Shown: positions 18,760-26,734, numbered from the stretch's first letter. The stretch: 32,000 bases of DNA from Aliivibrio fischeri ES114 (GCF_000011805.1 NC_006840.2), one strand, 5' to 3'. Notes: generated by a model from the letters alone, not told the origin. Numbers and translations are program-made.

Positions 18760-19401
18760 TTAAAATTCAGTGACCTCACCGGTTCCATCAATGAAACGGT
18801 GCTCTTGTAAATCAACAATTTTGTAGCGTTTTGCTTTGATTTTCCCTTCTTTACAATATCCTGCTTTTGCTTCCCAAAAGCCCGAGTTAAATTCGGTGGT
18901 GAAGTGTAATTCAGAAAGGCATTTAACCCCTTTGTAACGGTAAAGTGAAAAGTCGATTAGCCTAAGAGGGTATCCTTCTTCAAGGCTTAATGGCTCTCCA
19001 TCTACATCCCAAACCAACATCGCTCGATTTGTTATAGCTTGTGAATAAGACAGTGTCGAATCGTATTGTCCTTTATCTGTACCAAAGCTTAATTGCTTTA
19101 AAAAATGGCCAGTGTATTTGTTCGGATCGATGTCGAGATATTCCATTACATCAGCCAGTAGTACACCAGTCCACGTACGACGAATACTCCAATTACATAC
19201 GCACACAACACGGCGATTCTCAGTGATTGGCGCTATATTTTTAAGTTCATCTAATGTGATTTCTAACGGTTTACTTTCATTAGGTAAAAAGACTTTTAAT
19301 ACCTTGGGTGCATTTTCATGCGTTTCTTGTGGCCCTTCTTGATAATATCTTAGAGACGACGGTTTTTTCTCAATAAAAGGGGTCTTTTCAAATTGTTCCA
19401 T
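18760..19401 (-). CDS. Stand-alone sulfite-oxidase-family molybdopterin-binding domain protein
   Basis: ITENRRVVCVCNWSIRRTWTGVLLADVMEYLDI; DGEPLSLEEGYPLRLIDFSLYRYKGVKCLSELHFT matches the 'lP.. hGaPlRlv.p..yG.k.vKwl..i' pattern of oxidoreductase molybdopterin domains. No signal peptide. Confidence 0.75.
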   Translation of the reverse strand: MEQFEKTPFIEKKPSSLRYYQEGPQETHENAPKVLKVFLPNESKPLEITLDELKNIAPITENRRVVCVCNWSIRRTWTGVLLADVMEYLDIDPNKYTGHFLKQLSFGTDKGQYDSTLSYSQAITNRAMLVWDVDGEPLSLEEGYPLRLIDFSLYRYKGVKCLSELHFTTEFNSGFWEAKAGYCKEGKIKAKRYKIVDLQEHRFIDGTGEVTEF

Positions 19402-19414
19402 ACAACCTCACAAC

Positions 19415-20173
19415 CTACTCTGTAATGTTTTTTACACAACGAAAACCAACAATATTATCTCTTACCGTTGGGGGATAATTATCTCTGCTGGTGCTGCGCA
19501 TATAATTTTCATCGTGTAAGCCTGAACCGCCTCTCACCACATGATCAAAAGAGATGTCTAAAATACAAAGTGGATCAACATGGTTATCATCCCATGCATA
19601 ATTCGGTAAATAATTATCTAAACACCACTCTGCAAGGTTTCCCCCCATGTCTATACAACCAAAAGGAGATCGATTTTGTGGATGAGCATCCCAGTCTGTT
19701 GAGCTTCGATTAAATTCAACTGGTTCACAATCGGGAGCGAAATTCGCGATATTTAAATCTGGCTCTGTATTTCCCCAAGGATACATACGGTTATCATTTC
19801 CTTTTGCCGCGTATTCCCACTGCGATTCAGTTGGAAGTTCTTTACCAACAAAACAAGCAAAAGCTTGAGCTTCATACCAACTGATCCCTGTGACTGGTTT
19901 TTTATCCCCATTCCAATTGGGATCATTCCAATATAAAGGTTCAGTAATATTGTGCTCTTGGATGAATTTGAATCCAGTTGTTGACCAATATCTAGGGTCT
20001 GAATAACCACCTTGCTCAATAAAAACACGGTAATCTTTATTTAATACTGGGTGTATATCCATAAAGAATGGAGAGAGTGAGATGGTTTTTATTGGTTGCT
20101 CATCAGAACTTAGAATCGACCCTCTTTGGTAAGGTTGACCTGAAATTAGTACCATATTATTCATTATACTCAT
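19415..20173 (-). CDS. SUMF1/formylglycine-generating-enzyme-like domain protein, FGE catalytic cysteines absent
   Basis: PVTGISWYEAQAFACFVGKELPTESQWEYAAKG...YPWGN, FGCIDMGGNLAEWCLD, VVRGGSGLHDENYMRSTSRDNYPPTVRDNIVGFRC. Confidence 0.85.
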   Translation of the reverse strand: MSIMNNMVLISGQPYQRGSILSSDEQPIKTISLSPFFMDIHPVLNKDYRVFIEQGGYSDPRYWSTTGFKFIQEHNITEPLYWNDPNWNGDKKPVTGISWYEAQAFACFVGKELPTESQWEYAAKGNDNRMYPWGNTEPDLNIANFAPDCEPVEFNRSSTDWDAHPQNRSPFGCIDMGGNLAEWCLDNYLPNYAWDDNHVDPLCILDISFDHVVRGGSGLHDENYMRSTSRDNYPPTVRDNIVGFRCVKNITE

Positions 20174-20574
20174 CTTATTAACCCCAAGTTTCCCGTGTGT
20201 TTATTGATGATTTTTTTGGTGCCATAAATTGCGATACCAAGGTATTCAATATCTTCAGGTCTTGTTGCAGCAAGTTTGTCTGAATAGTCTTGGTAGTTTT
20301 TGGTTGTTTGAGCTACATTAGAAAAATCAACTAATGTGGCTTCTTCTTTTAAAGATGCTCTTATTTCTTTTATTTTATGAGAAGAGCTCGCCAATATAGG
20401 GATCGGAATCGATGTGATTCCAGTATGGATCTCCCCATTTTTATTGACGTTATCAGCACCAATCAGTTCGGGGTGCAATTTACCTAGCGATAATGTTAGA
20501 ACGGCCGCAGTATTCGCAATTAACCCTTGTGGTAGAGCTTTATCTATTACGAGTACGCATTTGTGGTTATCCAT
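20170..20574 (-). CDS. DUF2000-family protein
   Basis: KCVLVIDKALPQGLIANTAAVLTLSLGKLHPELIGADNVNKNGEIHTGITSIPIPILASSSHKI; overlaps both neighbours. Confidence 0.75.
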   Translation of the reverse strand: MDNHKCVLVIDKALPQGLIANTAAVLTLSLGKLHPELIGADNVNKNGEIHTGITSIPIPILASSSHKIKEIRASLKEEATLVDFSNVAQTTKNYQDYSDKLAATRPEDIEYLGIAIYGTKKIINKHTGNLGLIR

Positions 20575-21206
20575 TTAGCCTTTTCCTTTTGACGTTGTTG
20601 GTTTTTTATAAAAAGTGCCCATGTCATATTTATTGTTAGGGGCGCTGAAATTTTCTTTAATTGGTATAGTGCGATTGAATCCGAGTTAACAAGACAGCAA
20701 TCAGAATGTCCTTCAGCAACATGAATGGCAGCTTGACTAGTTGACGTTGAAAGACGGATGTTAAAGCGAGCGTTTGATAAATCGATAACGCTTGGATTGG
20801 CTGTTTTTATCAAGTCATCTAAACGAGAAAGTGGAGCATGATGTGTATCTATATTGATGATTTCGTTATTGTTCACTTTTTGCTGTAGTGCATTTATGTC
20901 TTTACAGCAAAGATGATAAGCAGGGGGAGAAAAAAAGAAGGAACCAGAAAGTAATGTCTTTGGGTTCATATAGAAAAAGTCAGTTTTTTGATATGCATTT
21001 GCAACTAATAAGGCTGCGCTATCGGATAACTCAACATAGTCTGATGCCTCTTCAAACGTATCGAAAAGCAGTATTTTTAATGGGCGATTGATAAGAGTCG
21101 AAAAATAGTTTGCGGCGGCTTCACTGCTTGAGCTCTTAGGGCCAAGCGTAGCAACCGTGCTGATATCGTTATTATCTCTAAGCCAAAAATAATTTTGATC
21201 CATCAT
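20547..21206 (-). CDS. BacA-like (bacilysin-type prephenate decarboxylase / prephenate-dehydratase fold) protein
   Basis: STVATLGPKSSSSEAAANYF, LFDTFEEA, LLVANAYQKTDFFYMNPKTL, STSTSQAAIHVAEGHSDCCLVNSDSIALYQL, INMTWALF; this resembles the BacA/AerD/SalX motif order (TLGPEGTSSE, DTFE, HAY..I.HFYM.P, TSQAA..V..G, SW.LF). Confidence 0.65.
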   Translation of the reverse strand: MMDQNYFWLRDNNDISTVATLGPKSSSSEAAANYFSTLINRPLKILLFDTFEEASDYVELSDSAALLVANAYQKTDFFYMNPKTLLSGSFFFSPPAYHLCCKDINALQQKVNNNEIINIDTHHAPLSRLDDLIKTANPSVIDLSNARFNIRLSTSTSQAAIHVAEGHSDCCLVNSDSIALYQLKKISAPLTINMTWALFIKNQQRQKEKAKWITTNAYS

Positions 21207-21390
21207 TTTTTACTAATCCATTTGTAATTTTTATTAGATTAATTCAATGAGATAGAGTGATATTGTACAAAATTGCTTTTTGAATCTAATTAATAAATAA
21301 CTTTTAAAGCGGAAGATAAAGGCAGATACTTCGACTCTTGTTAAGCACTGTTGTCTATAAACAGTGTTCATCGTTATAAAAGAGAAAAAC

Positions 21391-21864
21391 ATGAAAGTAG
21401 TAAAAAAAGGGTTGCGAGCCGTTGCGGTATTAGAGGCTTGTAAAGGTATAGCATCTCTTTTGGTTGGATTTGGTTTGCATGTTCTTGCTGGTCATAATAT
21501 GCGCCAACTTGCTGAAAATATCGTTAGTCGTTTACATTTGAATCCGGCAGGGCATCTTCCTAGTATTTTTATTCATGCTGCTAGCGGATTAACTGATGCA
21601 CGAATGGGGTTATTAGCTATTGGCGCATTAGTTTATTCTGTAATTCGGTTAGTTGAAGCTTATGGTCTATGGCAAGGTCTTGTATGGACTGAATGGTTTG
21701 CTTTGGTTAGCGGAGCGATTTATTTACCTTTTGAAATTTATGAAATGATTTTTCATACAAATTTATTAGGTATTGGTGTCTTTTTTATTAACGTATTTAT
21801 TGTGGCTTATATGGCATATGCGCTGTATAACGAAAGAAAAATGCAAAGGGAACACTCACTATAA
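21391..21864 (+). CDS. DUF2127-family small membrane protein
   Basis: LRAVAVLEACKGIASLLVGFGLHVLAGHNMRQLAENIVSRLHLNPAGHLPSIFIHAASGLTDARMGLLAIGALVYSVIRLVEAYGLWQGLVWTEWFALVSGAIYLPFEIYEM. Confidence 0.85.
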   Translation: MKVVKKGLRAVAVLEACKGIASLLVGFGLHVLAGHNMRQLAENIVSRLHLNPAGHLPSIFIHAASGLTDARMGLLAIGALVYSVIRLVEAYGLWQGLVWTEWFALVSGAIYLPFEIYEMIFHTNLLGIGVFFINVFIVAYMAYALYNERKMQREHSL

Positions 21865-21957
21865 TCTTTAGTTCATTGTTGTTCATCTGTGCTGATATTT
21901 TACTATCCGAGCATTTATATGTTCGGATAAGTATTGTTCCACACAAGTAAATGATAT

Positions 21958-22542
21958 TTAGAATGGGTAGTGACTAAACATATTATCCAGCATGTTCTGT
22001 AATGGAAGATCGCTATCTACAGTGCGTGCATACGTTCTTAATCCTGCTATTTGGACCTGAACAAATTGAGCAAGCTGTTTTGTATCTTTCTCTTTCTCTA
22101 TTTCTCCAATTTCTTGCGCTTGTCTTAATACCTTTTCAAACTCAGATTCCATTATCTTCAAAGAACGTTTTGCTTCAGTTAATAATTCTTCATTTTCATT
22201 TGTTAACTCAGTGACCGTTTTTACTAACATGCACATGCCACTTGGCGCACTAGAGCGTTTCTCTACAACAATGTTATGAATAAATGACTTAAGCCCCAGT
22301 AAAGGAGATTTTTGTTCATGACAGCATTGTTCTAAATGCAAAATACCAGATTGAGTGTAACGCTGTAACGATTCTTTAAATAATCCTTCTTTGCTGCCAA
22401 AGGTGGCATAAATACTTCCTGGACGCATATCTATCACTTCTTGAAGATTACGCATTGATGTCCCATGGAATCCTTTCTCCCAATAAAGATCAACTGCTTT
22501 ATCAACAACTTGTACGCGATCAAACTTCGAATTTTTAGCCAT
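21958..22542 (-). CDS. TetR/AcrR-family transcriptional regulator
   Basis: KFDRVQVVDKAVDLYWEKGFHGTSMRNLQEVIDMRPGSIYATFGSKEGLFKESLQRY. Confidence 0.93.
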   Translation of the reverse strand: MAKNSKFDRVQVVDKAVDLYWEKGFHGTSMRNLQEVIDMRPGSIYATFGSKEGLFKESLQRYTQSGILHLEQCCHEQKSPLLGLKSFIHNIVVEKRSSAPSGMCMLVKTVTELTNENEELLTEAKRSLKIMESEFEKVLRQAQEIGEIEKEKDTKQLAQFVQVQIAGLRTYARTVDSDLPLQNMLDNMFSHYPF

Positions 22543-22566
22543 AAGAATATGCCTTTAATAACTTTC

Positions 22567-22606
22567 TTGAACATTTGTTCAAATATTATCTTGAACGATC
22601 GTTCAA
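22567..22606. promoter_or_regulatory. Tandem palindromic operators in the TetR/GST intergenic region
   Basis: TTGAAC-ATTT-GTTCAA (22567-22582) and CTTGAACGATCGTTCAAG (22590-22607, a perfect 18-bp palindrome). Confidence 0.75.
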
Positions 22607-22686
22607 GTCTAGTTATATTGTTTTTAGCCCAACGAATACCAGTCGGTTGTAATGCTGGTTTATTTTGTCATTAGAAGGATATCAAT

Positions 22687-23379
22687 ATGCTTAAGTTTTA
22701 TTTTCATCAAACACCTAACCCAATGAAAATTGCATTATATTTAGCTGAAACTGAATTGCCGTTTGAGTTAATGCCCGTAGATACATTAAAAGGTGAGCAG
22801 CATACAAAGGAATACCGAGCGATTAATCCAAATGGGAAAGCACCTGCAATTGTTGATGATGGAGTTCGTGTTTTTGATTCAAGTGCGATTTTACTTTACC
22901 TATCAGAAACGAGAGGAAAGCTTGGTGGCAAAGCAGAAGACCGCGCCGAGATGCTTTCATGGCTATTATTTATCGCTTCGGGTCTAGGTCCATTTTCCGG
23001 TCAGTCGGTACATTTCCGTCATTTTGCACCTGAAAAATTACCCTATGCAATCAACCGCTATTTATCTGAAGCACAGCGTCACTATGACGTTTTGGATAAA
23101 CACCTTGAAGGTCGTGAATATATTGTCGGTGATGAGTTTAGCATTGCGGATATTTCGGCATGGGGTTGGATTGATAAAGCGACAGTTGTGTTAGGTGAAG
23201 AGGGATTAGCTTCTTACCCAAATATTCAACGTTGGTTTGATGGTATCAATAGTCGTCCTGCTGTTGAAAAAGCACGGAATATAGCAAACAACGTTGAGTT
23301 TAAATCAGAGTTTGATGAAGAGGCTAATCGTTCTCTTTATCCGCAAAATTTTGCCAAAAGCGGAAGTGCTAAACACTAA
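22687..23379 (+). CDS. Glutathione S-transferase family protein
   Basis: HQTPNPMKIALYLAETELPFELMPVDTLKGEQHTKEYRAINPNGKAPAIVDDGVRVFDSSAILLYLSE. Confidence 0.93.
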   Translation: MLKFYFHQTPNPMKIALYLAETELPFELMPVDTLKGEQHTKEYRAINPNGKAPAIVDDGVRVFDSSAILLYLSETRGKLGGKAEDRAEMLSWLLFIASGLGPFSGQSVHFRHFAPEKLPYAINRYLSEAQRHYDVLDKHLEGREYIVGDEFSIADISAWGWIDKATVVLGEEGLASYPNIQRWFDGINSRPAVEKARNIANNVEFKSEFDEEANRSLYPQNFAKSGSAKH

Positions 23380-23423
23380 TATTATTTTTATAAAAATAGT
23401 TATATCGTTTTTTAGGAGTCAGT

Positions 23424-24284
23424 ATGGAACAACAATATATCCCACCTAAAGTGTGGTCCTTTGATAGTGAAAGCGGTGGTGAATGGGCGAAAATTAATCG
23501 TCCGGTTTCAGGTGCTACACATAAAAAGCAGCTACCAGTCGGCAAACATTATTTACAACTTTATTCGATGGGGACACCAAACGGACAAAAAGTGACAATC
23601 ATGCTTGAAGAGTTGCTAGAGCTAGGAATAAAGAAAGCGGAATATGATGCGCATTTAATTAAAATTAGTGAAGGCGATCAATTCTCATCTGGTTTTGTTA
23701 ATGTAAACCCTAACTCTAAAATTCCAGCTCTTGTTGATTCTTCTGGAGAAGAGCCAATAGAGGTCTTTGAATCTGGCTCTATCTTGTTATATTTAGCAGA
23801 AAAATTTAATGCGTTTATACCAGAAGCACCTGAAAAGCGCGTAAAAGTGATGAACTGGTTATTTTGGTTACATGGTTCTGCACCATATCTTGGTGGTGGT
23901 TTTGGGCATTTTTATGCTTATGCACCAGAGAAATTTGAATACCCAATTAACCGTTTTACGATGGAAGTAAAACGTCAGCTAGATGTATTAGATAAGCAGT
24001 TAGCTAAGAATCAATATATTGCGGGAGATGAATATACTATTGCAGATATGGCTATCTGGCCGTGGTATGGCAATTTGATTCTTGGTTATTTATATAATGC
24101 TGAAACGTTTTTGGATGTAGGTAGTTATGTTCATGTGAGACGTTGGGCGAAAATGATATTAGCGAGAACTGCTGTCCAGCGTGGACGTGTTGTGAATAGA
24201 ACATGGGGAGAACCATGGGAGCAAGTTCCAGAGCGTCATAGTGATAAAGATATTACTGAAGTTTTAGCGCTTAAACCTGAATAA
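23424..24284 (+). CDS. yghU: Glutathione S-transferase, YghU type
   Basis: YIPPKVW...GGEWAKINRPVSGATHKKQLPVGKHYLQLYSMGTPNGQKVTIMLEELLELG, PYLGGGFGHFYAYAPEKFEYPINRFTMEVKRQLDVLDKQLA. Confidence 0.93.
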   Translation: MEQQYIPPKVWSFDSESGGEWAKINRPVSGATHKKQLPVGKHYLQLYSMGTPNGQKVTIMLEELLELGIKKAEYDAHLIKISEGDQFSSGFVNVNPNSKIPALVDSSGEEPIEVFESGSILLYLAEKFNAFIPEAPEKRVKVMNWLFWLHGSAPYLGGGFGHFYAYAPEKFEYPINRFTMEVKRQLDVLDKQLAKNQYIAGDEYTIADMAIWPWYGNLILGYLYNAETFLDVGSYVHVRRWAKMILARTAVQRGRVVNRTWGEPWEQVPERHSDKDITEVLALKPE

Positions 24285-24302
24285 CTTATGGTTACTATAG
24301 TT

Positions 24303-24345
24303 AAGCCAAGGATTTGATGTGAGGCATTAAATCCTTGGCTTTTTA
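24303..24345 (+). terminator. Terminator after yghU
   Basis: AAGCCAAGGATTT-gatgtgaggcatt-AAATCCTTGGCTTTTT. Confidence 0.9.
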
Positions 24346-24378
24346 GATTTAATATATAGATAAGACAACTAATCATTG

Positions 24379-24406
24379 TTGAGATAATAATATTTTTAAC
24401 TATAAC
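24379..24406 (+). promoter_or_regulatory. Candidate sigma70 promoter for the leader-brnQ transcript
   Basis: TTGAGA (24379-24384), 16 nt, TATAAC (24401-24406). Confidence 0.4.
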
Positions 24407-24476
24407 AGTGTTTACAACGAGAGTTATTACTTATATATTGATTTGGTTACCACGATAAATAACTAGGAAATTTTCC

Positions 24477-24587
24477 ATGCTTTCTCTAACAGTCCAACAA
24501 TCTGCTGCTTTGTGCAAAATGATGCTCGGATCTGTATCGCGTGTAACATCAACAATTATTGCAGTCATTCTAGTGATTATTAACTAG
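24477..24587 (+). CDS. Putative branched-chain amino acid leader peptide (36 aa) upstream of brnQ
   Basis: MLSLTVQQSAALCKMMLGSVSRVTSTIIAVILVIIN*; SD-like AGGAAA before the ATG. Eight of nine residues at codons 27-35 are Ile/Val/Leu. Absent from the supplied ORF track because it is short. Confidence 0.7.
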   Translation: MLSLTVQQSAALCKMMLGSVSRVTSTIIAVILVIIN

Positions 24588-24667
24588 GCTGGCGGCACTT
24601 CCGTCAGCCGGGCTGACGGAGAATAGTCAAACTCCTTCTTATATTTTCCCAGCCAAACTGACGGTCC
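24587..24667 (+). promoter_or_regulatory. Structured leader region with mutually exclusive hairpins (candidate attenuator)
   Basis: GGCTGGCGG (24587-24595) pairs with CCGTCAGCC (24601-24609), 9 bp with one G-U. CCGTCAG (24601-24607) can instead pair with CTGACGG at 24613-24619 or at 24658-24664. Confidence 0.65.
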
Positions 24668-24717
24668 ATAATAAAAGCTACTAGGGTATAGCCCAATAGC
24701 AAAAGAGGACTTGTACA

Positions 24718-26043
24718 TTGAAAAAACACAACTTGCTTGCGATTGGTCTAATGACTTTTGCCATGTTTCTTGGCGCAGGGAATATCATCTTTCCTCCTTT
24801 TCTTGGTTTAGAGGCAGGAACACAATACTTACCAGCAATGTTAGGCTTTTTGCTTACTGCTGTTGGTTTACCATCTTTGACATTAATTGTATTAGGTCGA
24901 TTAAGTAGTAGTGCTCAGCTAACACAGGCATTACCAAAGCCACTTTCCATTGCCTTTTGGGTTCTTTTGTTTACCGCTATTGGTCCCGCATTTGGTATGC
25001 CAAGAGCAGTAACGGTTGCTTACGAAATGGGAATTAAGCCATTTGTTGAAGGCGATCACTTACTTATTTTCTCGGTATTATTTGTTGGTGTAACATTATT
25101 GCTTGCATTTCAACGTGGAAAGTTAGTCGATTATATTGGTAAGGTGATGACACCTTTACTTGTACTAATGTTGGCCGCTTTAGCTGTTGCAGCTATCGTC
25201 ACGCCTTTAGGCGTCTTCAATACACCGAGTGCTGATTATCAATACAAAGCCGTGACGAGTGGTTTAATTCAAGGCTACATGACAATGGATGCCATTGCAG
25301 CAGTTGGTTTTGGTTGGATCATTATCAAAGCAATTCAAGATAAAGGTTGTGAGTCACCAAAAGAGATTTTCCATGCAACGCTTAAAGTAACGTTTGTTTA
25401 CGCTCTTTTGATGTCTGCATGCTATTTAGCGATGGCATACGTTGGCGCTACTTCTGCTTCTATTTCAGAAGGGGCAACGAATGGTGGTGAGCTACTAACT
25501 CGTTATGTTGCAGAGATCTTTGGCCCATTAGGTCAGTATTTATTGGCTGGCATTATTATTATGGCTTGTTTAACTACTACTGTCGGTTTAACCAATGCAT
25601 GTGCTGAATATTATCAACAAACATTTCGTTCACCATTTGCCGTTACTGCGATCATCGTAACGGTACTTACTGGCGTTATTGCTAACTTTGGTTTAGAGCA
25701 AATTTTAGCGATCAGTTTACCAGCGATTCTGATCCTTTGTCCGATAGCCATTGCACTTGTTTTAACCGCATTGTTTGTGCCGACAACGAAACAAAATTTA
25801 GCGGCTTACGTAGCAATTGTATGTATAACGCTTGTATTTGGTAGCTTAGATGCATTACATATTCTTGGTTTATTACCAGAATCATTGGCAACATTGTTAA
25901 ATGAGTATGTACCTTTGTTTGAAGCGCACGCAAGTTGGTTCTTACCTGTATTCGCAGCTATTGCTATTAGTAAGTTATTAACGAAGAAAGTGATGAACGG
26001 TGATGCGGTAGAATTATCAGAAAAAGCGGTAAATCTAAAATAA
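24718..26043 (+). CDS. brnQ: Branched-chain amino acid transport system II carrier protein (LIVCS family), TTG start
   Basis: GLMTFAMFLGAGNIIFPPFLGLEAGTQYLPAMLGFLLTAVGLPSLTLIVLGRLSS is typical of BrnQ; start codon at 24718 is TTG, preceded by AGAGGA. Confidence 0.95.
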   Translation: MKKHNLLAIGLMTFAMFLGAGNIIFPPFLGLEAGTQYLPAMLGFLLTAVGLPSLTLIVLGRLSSSAQLTQALPKPLSIAFWVLLFTAIGPAFGMPRAVTVAYEMGIKPFVEGDHLLIFSVLFVGVTLLLAFQRGKLVDYIGKVMTPLLVLMLAALAVAAIVTPLGVFNTPSADYQYKAVTSGLIQGYMTMDAIAAVGFGWIIIKAIQDKGCESPKEIFHATLKVTFVYALLMSACYLAMAYVGATSASISEGATNGGELLTRYVAEIFGPLGQYLLAGIIIMACLTTTVGLTNACAEYYQQTFRSPFAVTAIIVTVLTGVIANFGLEQILAISLPAILILCPIAIALVLTALFVPTTKQNLAAYVAIVCITLVFGSLDALHILGLLPESLATLLNEYVPLFEAHASWFLPVFAAIAISKLLTKKVMNGDAVELSEKAVNLK

Positions 26044-26063
26044 ACAACAATCTTTTTTTAATA

Positions 26064-26094
26064 AAAAACGGGTAGCTTTTGGCTACCCGTTTTG
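26064..26094. terminator. Bidirectional terminator between brnQ and the convergent outer-membrane protein gene
   Basis: AAAACGGGTAGC-ttttg-GCTACCCGTTTT. Confidence 0.9.
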
Positions 26095-26119
26095 ATTTGT
26101 ATTCGCAATAAGTCTTAAC

Positions 26120-26734
26120 TTAGAACTTGTAAGTTGCACCTGCGTAAAAAGTACCAATATTCATTGCGTAGTCATCAGAGTAGCTGTAGTAACCGTAATC
26201 TTGATATACGTTCTCTTCAATAAACATATCACCTTCATAAGCGACACGGAAAGCCAATCCACTTAGTGCTTTTGGTGCATATTCAACACCTACACCGTAA
26301 TGGAAAGATGTATTATTTTCACTTAGAGAGTGGCCTAGTACATTCGTTGATGATTCTAATGAACCTAAACCAACGATACCAAATGGGCGCCAGCCGCTAT
26401 CAAATGTATAACCTAGGTTTGCAGCTAGTGAGATAGACGTTGATTCAATATCAATACCTTTAAAGCCAGCTGCTTTAGCAGTAGGATGGTTTACATTGAT
26501 GTCACCATATTTTGTGTATTGAAGTTCAACAGCAACAATACGATTGAATTGGTAGCCACCCATGAATTTAAGGGTTGAATCATCAGCATTGATAGAAGCG
26601 CCTGTGTAATCAAATGCGCCACCATCATCAAAAGTGGTTGCACCCAAGCCAGCACCTAAGTAAAAGCCGGAAATGTTATCGTTAGCATTAGAAAATGCTG
26701 AAAATAATACCAATAAAAGTGCAATTTTTTTCAT
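26120..26734 (-). CDS. Outer-membrane beta-barrel protein (OmpA/porin-like 8-strand family)
   Basis: Signal peptide MKKIALLLVLFSAFSNA then GFYLGAGLGATTFDDGG, FKFMGGYQFNRIVAVELQYTKYG, NLGYTFDSGWRPFGIVGLG, FYAGATYKF. ORF track start is 26776. Confidence 0.85.
   Translation of the reverse strand: MKKIALLLVLFSAFSNANDNISGFYLGAGLGATTFDDGGAFDYTGASINADDSTLKFMGGYQFNRIVAVELQYTKYGDINVNHPTAKAAGFKGIDIESTSISLAANLGYTFDSGWRPFGIVGLGSLESSTNVLGHSLSENNTSFHYGVGVEYAPKALSGLAFRVAYEGDMFIEENVYQDYGYYSYSDDYAMNIGTFYAGATYKF

Noticed and set aside
20888-21091. Plus-strand ORF antisense to the BacA-like gene
   Set aside because: Shadow ORF without independent features.
24620-24650. Classical intrinsic attenuator terminator (GGAG...CTCC followed by TTCTTATATTTT) upstream of brnQ
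   Set aside because: The stem is only 4 bp with a 10-nt loop, too weak to assert as a terminator; kept only as a possibility in the attenuation finding.
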